Shown here piece after piece: positions 31,974 to 34,884 of a stretch of DNA of 34,884 nt. This stretch comes from a virus, in the IMG/VR virus record IMGVR_UViG_3300045988_174060, positions 1 to 34,884 of that record; one strand, written 5' to 3'. The position numbers and the translations under genes are program-made. The notes under the pieces are model-generated. The model worked only from the letters and a program-made list of their open reading frames with translations. It was not told the DNA's origin and did not search any database. How positions within the stretch are numbered: position 1 is the first letter of the stretch; every line of letters starts with the position of its first letter.

Positions 31974-33919
31974 TGCAACTCACCATCAACAACCAAATAG
32001 CCGAAATAAAAAAGGGCACCACCATCAAACTCACACGCGTCAACCCTTACTTTGCCGACCAAGGCGACTACACCCTCGAGGTGCAGTTGCCCTTGAGGGG
32101 CTGCCCGACGAACCTCGCCATATTCGGACCACGCAACCACCCCGCCCTGGCGCAATACCCCCACATAGGCGAACAATATACCATGCAGCTCATCGCACCA
32201 CCGCTGCAACTCGAAGGCACCGCCACCGTCACCTCAATCACCGAGGCCGAAATAAAAGCGCAACTCAAAGCCGGTGTCAAAGCATCACCACTCAACAACG
32301 ACACCACCTATATTGACGAGCTACCACTCGGCAACGTGTGGGACGGCTTCGGCTCCGTGCAATACTCCAGCAGCGAAGTGCTCGAAAGTGGAACCGACGT
32401 GCGCACCCAAATTAAAATATTCAGCAGCTGCATCGGCCAAAAATTCCTGCGCACCACCACACCCGTGCGGCAAGCAGCCTACGGCACCTACGGACAAACC
32501 GACGCTATATGCCTGCCCATATACAGCTCCACCGACGACATCATAGCCAACCCTGCGAACATGATAACCACCACGCCCGGCCTCGACGGCGACTCAATAG
32601 ACAGCATCACACTCGCACCCTGCCCCTACCTGCTCGACATCACCGCGCGCATATTCAAGTGCCTCGGCTTCACCCCCGGCGACTGGAACCAATACACCAA
32701 AAACCCGCTCACACGCGCCATCTACATAGCCAACACACGGCAGACACTGCAACGGACCAAAATTCTCCCGCACTGGACCGTAAAAGAATACCTCAACGAA
32801 CTGCAAAACCTGCTCGGCTGCGTGTTCACCTTCAAGGGGCAATACGTCGACATGTACACCCGCCAAGACTACTACACCAAGAACCGCAAACCCATCACCA
32901 TCACACAAGTATCCGACACACACACCATCAACATATCAACCGACCCCGAAGCCGAAACCACAGCCAACGGCAATGTCGACTACGACTACCCCAACATAAG
33001 CCCCATGCTGCGCCTGCCCGACGAAGTATGGGAAAACGCCACCATACTGCCCACCGCCACATACGAAGAAGCCAAGAACCACTACGACAAACTAACCGAC
33101 TACTACAAGAAGCAAAGCCCCAACCTCTACACCGTCACACCCACCAACCGCGCATACGCCATACTCATCACCGATCTCGACACACCCGTCCTCCGCGAGG
33201 TAGACCAATTCGCACCACTCATGCGCACCACCAACCGCGAGCAAATGACCAAGCTGCGCATCACACCAGCCAACATGCTCATCACCGACCCATTCATCGG
33301 CACCAACAACGGGCAACTCAAAGACCCCACCACCACCGGGCGGCGCTACCCCATCATAGCCGTGGCCGACACCATACTCACCAAAAGCAACGTCTACTCC
33401 GTCAACAACGCCATCAACCCACCCGACACCGACACCACCGACACCACCACCGAAGCCAAAGACCACATAGACATAGCCTGGTACAACGGCGAGTACGACA
33501 CCTTTTATGAAGAATACTTTCCAGGCCCCGACGGTTCCCCCAGCAAAAACCCAACCATCTCGCTCTGCCCCATCGCCATACCCTACACCATAGCCTCCGA
33601 CGGCCCCCGCCACATACCCGCAACACTCGTAACAAAGGCCTACACCTTCCCCACACCAGAAGGCCCATTCGCCCTCACCACCAAAGGCCCCATCAACACC
33701 CTCGCCACCTACGGCAACATAGGCCAACTGCTCACCACAGCCCCCACCATCGACACACGCATCGAACTACAAGTACAATTCACCGACTCAATCAACCCCG
33801 ACCCCACACAACCCTACCTCATAGGCTCCCGCCGCTACGCCTGCGCCCGCCTCGAAATCACCATCGACCAAAACGGCATACAACCACTCAAGCAAGCCTA
33901 CCTCTACGAGATACAATGA
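31970..33919 (+). CDS. Distal tail / baseplate-type protein (by position)
   Basis: 649 aa. ATGA overlap with the tape measure stop. Thr/Pro/Asn/Ile-rich. Confidence 0.6.
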   Translation: MMQLTINNQIAEIKKGTTIKLTRVNPYFADQGDYTLEVQLPLRGCPTNLAIFGPRNHPALAQYPHIGEQYTMQLIAPPLQLEGTATVTSITEAEIKAQLKAGVKASPLNNDTTYIDELPLGNVWDGFGSVQYSSSEVLESGTDVRTQIKIFSSCIGQKFLRTTTPVRQAAYGTYGQTDAICLPIYSSTDDIIANPANMITTTPGLDGDSIDSITLAPCPYLLDITARIFKCLGFTPGDWNQYTKNPLTRAIYIANTRQTLQRTKILPHWTVKEYLNELQNLLGCVFTFKGQYVDMYTRQDYYTKNRKPITITQVSDTHTINISTDPEAETTANGNVDYDYPNISPMLRLPDEVWENATILPTATYEEAKNHYDKLTDYYKKQSPNLYTVTPTNRAYAILITDLDTPVLREVDQFAPLMRTTNREQMTKLRITPANMLITDPFIGTNNGQLKDPTTTGRRYPIIAVADTILTKSNVYSVNNAINPPDTDTTDTTTEAKDHIDIAWYNGEYDTFYEEYFPGPDGSPSKNPTISLCPIAIPYTIASDGPRHIPATLVTKAYTFPTPEGPFALTTKGPINTLATYGNIGQLLTTAPTIDTRIELQVQFTDSINPDPTQPYLIGSRRYACARLEITIDQNGIQPLKQAYLYEIQ

Positions 33920-33993
33920 CAACGCCACACACATCAGCCCGCCCAACCCACAATTCTAAAACGCTGAAAATCAACAAAAAAGTACACAGATAA

Positions 33994-34025
33994 TTTGGCA
34001 AATACGAATTATTGTAGTATCTTTG
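33994..34025 (+). promoter_or_regulatory. Canonical Bacteroidota promoter
   Basis: TTTG at 33994-33997, then 20 nt, then TATCTTTG at 34018-34025. The stretch 34012-34031 matches 9752-9771 at 19 of 20 positions. Confidence 0.65.
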
Positions 34026-34048
34026 CATTGTCAAAAACAAAAAACAAT

Positions 34049-34204
34049 ATGAAACAGAAAACATTCAAAATCGCAGTTTCCGAAAAAGAGTACGAACTGC
34101 TCGAAGCCATTCGCAACTACAACAAAAGTTTCCCCGATGGCTATCCACAACTACTTTGGTACGCGCAAGAACTCTTCGACCAAATGCTAAGGCAACCCAA
34201 CTAA
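34049..34204 (+). CDS. 51-aa mini-protein
   Basis: Encodes MKQKTFKIAVSEKEYELLEAIRNYNKSFPDGYPQLLWYAQELFDQMLRQPN. It starts 24 nt after the -7 box. The track start at 33995 lies upstream of that promoter. Confidence 0.5.
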   Translation: MKQKTFKIAVSEKEYELLEAIRNYNKSFPDGYPQLLWYAQELFDQMLRQPN

Positions 34205-34208
34205 CACA

Positions 34209-34239
34209 AAGAGCCCCGTCACAAGCGGGCGGGGCTCTT
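34209..34239 (+). terminator. GC hairpin (terminator or attenuator)
   Basis: AAGAGCCCCG-TCACAAGCGGG-CGGGGCTCTT. Confidence 0.55.
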
Positions 34240-34276
34240 TACACTATATCAAACACAACCCACAACACCATACATC

Positions 34277-34519
34277 ATGGACAACACCCAACCCATCACC
34301 AATATGAGGGAGCGTCTACAAGACATACAACTCATCATATCATGGCGCGAAGTCGCCAACCAATACTTTCACAAGTCATCATCATGGCTCTACCACAAGC
34401 TCAACGGCATCGACGGCAACGGAGGCACAGGCGGCTTCACCCCTGCCGAACGGGAGCAACTTCGTCAAAGCCTGCGCGACCTCGCGCAGCGCATCAACCA
34501 TTGCGCAGACAACATATAA
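34277..34519 (+). CDS. Conserved small protein, paralog of 13562-13870
   Basis: 80 aa. Shares the YF..S..WL...L.G....G....F.P.E..QL.Q..R..A.......ADNI pattern with its paralog. Confidence 0.65.
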   Translation: MDNTQPITNMRERLQDIQLIISWREVANQYFHKSSSWLYHKLNGIDGNGGTGGFTPAEREQLRQSLRDLAQRINHCADNI

Positions 34520-34659
34520 CCCTCCAGCCGTGCAGCCCGCCACAAAACGGCAGCCCACAATGAGCGGCACAACAGCTACACCACATACATCAGCCGGGGT
34601 TTTACTTTCATACGTTTCCCCTTTGACACAAGCCGCCTGCGGCTGACAGGCGCACCCAC

Positions 34660-34690
34660 CTGGCCACGCATTCACGTGGCCAGTTTTTTT
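34660..34690 (+). terminator. Intrinsic terminator at the right end of the phage
   Basis: CTGGCCACG-CATTCA-CGTGGCCAG followed by T7. Confidence 0.8.
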
Positions 34691-34696
34691 GCATAC

Positions 34697-34755
34697 GCTT
34701 GTGGTGTTTATGCGCGCACCACAAGCACCTTATACGCGCGCACCACAAGCACCTT
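34697..34755. repeat. att-proximal repeats: 20-bp direct repeat twice plus one inverted half-site
   Basis: GCGCGCACCACAAGCACCTT at 34712-34731 and 34736-34755. GCTTGTGGTG at 34697-34706 is the reverse complement of CACCACAAGC. Confidence 0.75.
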
Positions 34756-34758
34756 TTT

Positions 34759-34776
34759 GTGAGCATATTGTGAGCA
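34759..34776 (+). repeat. GTGAGCATATTGTGAGCA, matching the left-end arm repeats
   Basis: Same 11-bp-period motif as 180-208. It is followed by CTCAC, which forms GTGAG-CA-CTCAC. Confidence 0.65.
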
Positions 34777-34835
34777 CTCACGTACAGTCACCCGCTCAAC
34801 CTATTGTATATCAACGATTTAGGCCTCCTATTCCC

Positions 34836-34884
34836 CCTGCTTTGGGAGCAGGGGGTCGTGGGTTCGAATCCCGTCGCCCCGACA
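34836..34884 (+). repeat. Right copy of the 49-bp att direct repeat (tRNA-Pro 3' fragment)
   Basis: Identical to 1-49. The upstream sequence (GGCCTCCTATTCCC) does not continue a tRNA D-arm or acceptor, so this copy is a fragment. Confidence 0.85.

Larger units (their letters stand above)
1..34884 (+). mobile_element. Integrated prophage (tailed temperate phage) inserted in tRNA-Pro, bounded by 49-bp direct repeats
   Basis: Identical 49-bp repeats lie at both window ends. An integrase sits next to the left repeat. TerL, protease, capsid, tape measure and lysis genes are all on the + strand. Confidence 0.9.

Overview
The window is one complete integrated temperate phage of about 34.8 kb. It is bounded by a perfect 49-bp direct repeat (1-49 = 34836-34884) that is the 3' part of a tRNA-Pro(UGG) gene. 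All credible genes lie on the + strand. In order: tyrosine integrase; a HicB-like/HTH protein; a cI-type HTH regulator; an excisionase-like HTH; small ORFs; a roughly 440-bp structured non-coding region; a 969-aa primase/SF3-helicase; small unknown early genes; an AT-rich hicA-hicB moron; an AT-rich iteron array; a TerS-position ORF and TerL; a ClpP-like protease-scaffold fusion; the major capsid protein; unknown structural genes; a holin/amidase/spanin-like lysis cassette embedded in the structural module; a portal-like protein; a 1388-aa tape measure protein; and a 649-aa distal tail protein. The backbone is visibly GC-rich. Four or five AT-rich insertions (morons) carry canonical Bacteroidota promoters (TTTG, about 20 nt, then TAnnTTTG) and GC-hairpin terminators, so the host is probably a GC-rich Bacteroidales member (inference). 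Four features stand out. (1) One modular palindromic intergenic element sits at 16 gene junctions and has a conserved core AGAGGT-N-ACCTCTGC. Its C-free left arms and G-free right arms run from the upstream stop codon to the next start codon. One copy is inverted and expanded into 92-bp tandem repeats. (2) Upstream of the primase gene is a tandem pair of tRNA-like modules, each with a closed acceptor stem and T-arm, interleaved with five ACGGATAG repeats. (3) Upstream of the terminase genes is a 12-copy TGTATCA/TGATACA array bounded by 29-bp inverted repeats. (4) A two-gene cassette (mini-ORF, hairpin, conserved 80-102 aa paralog, terminator) occurs twice. Functional calls rest on motifs read by eye. 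No database search was run.
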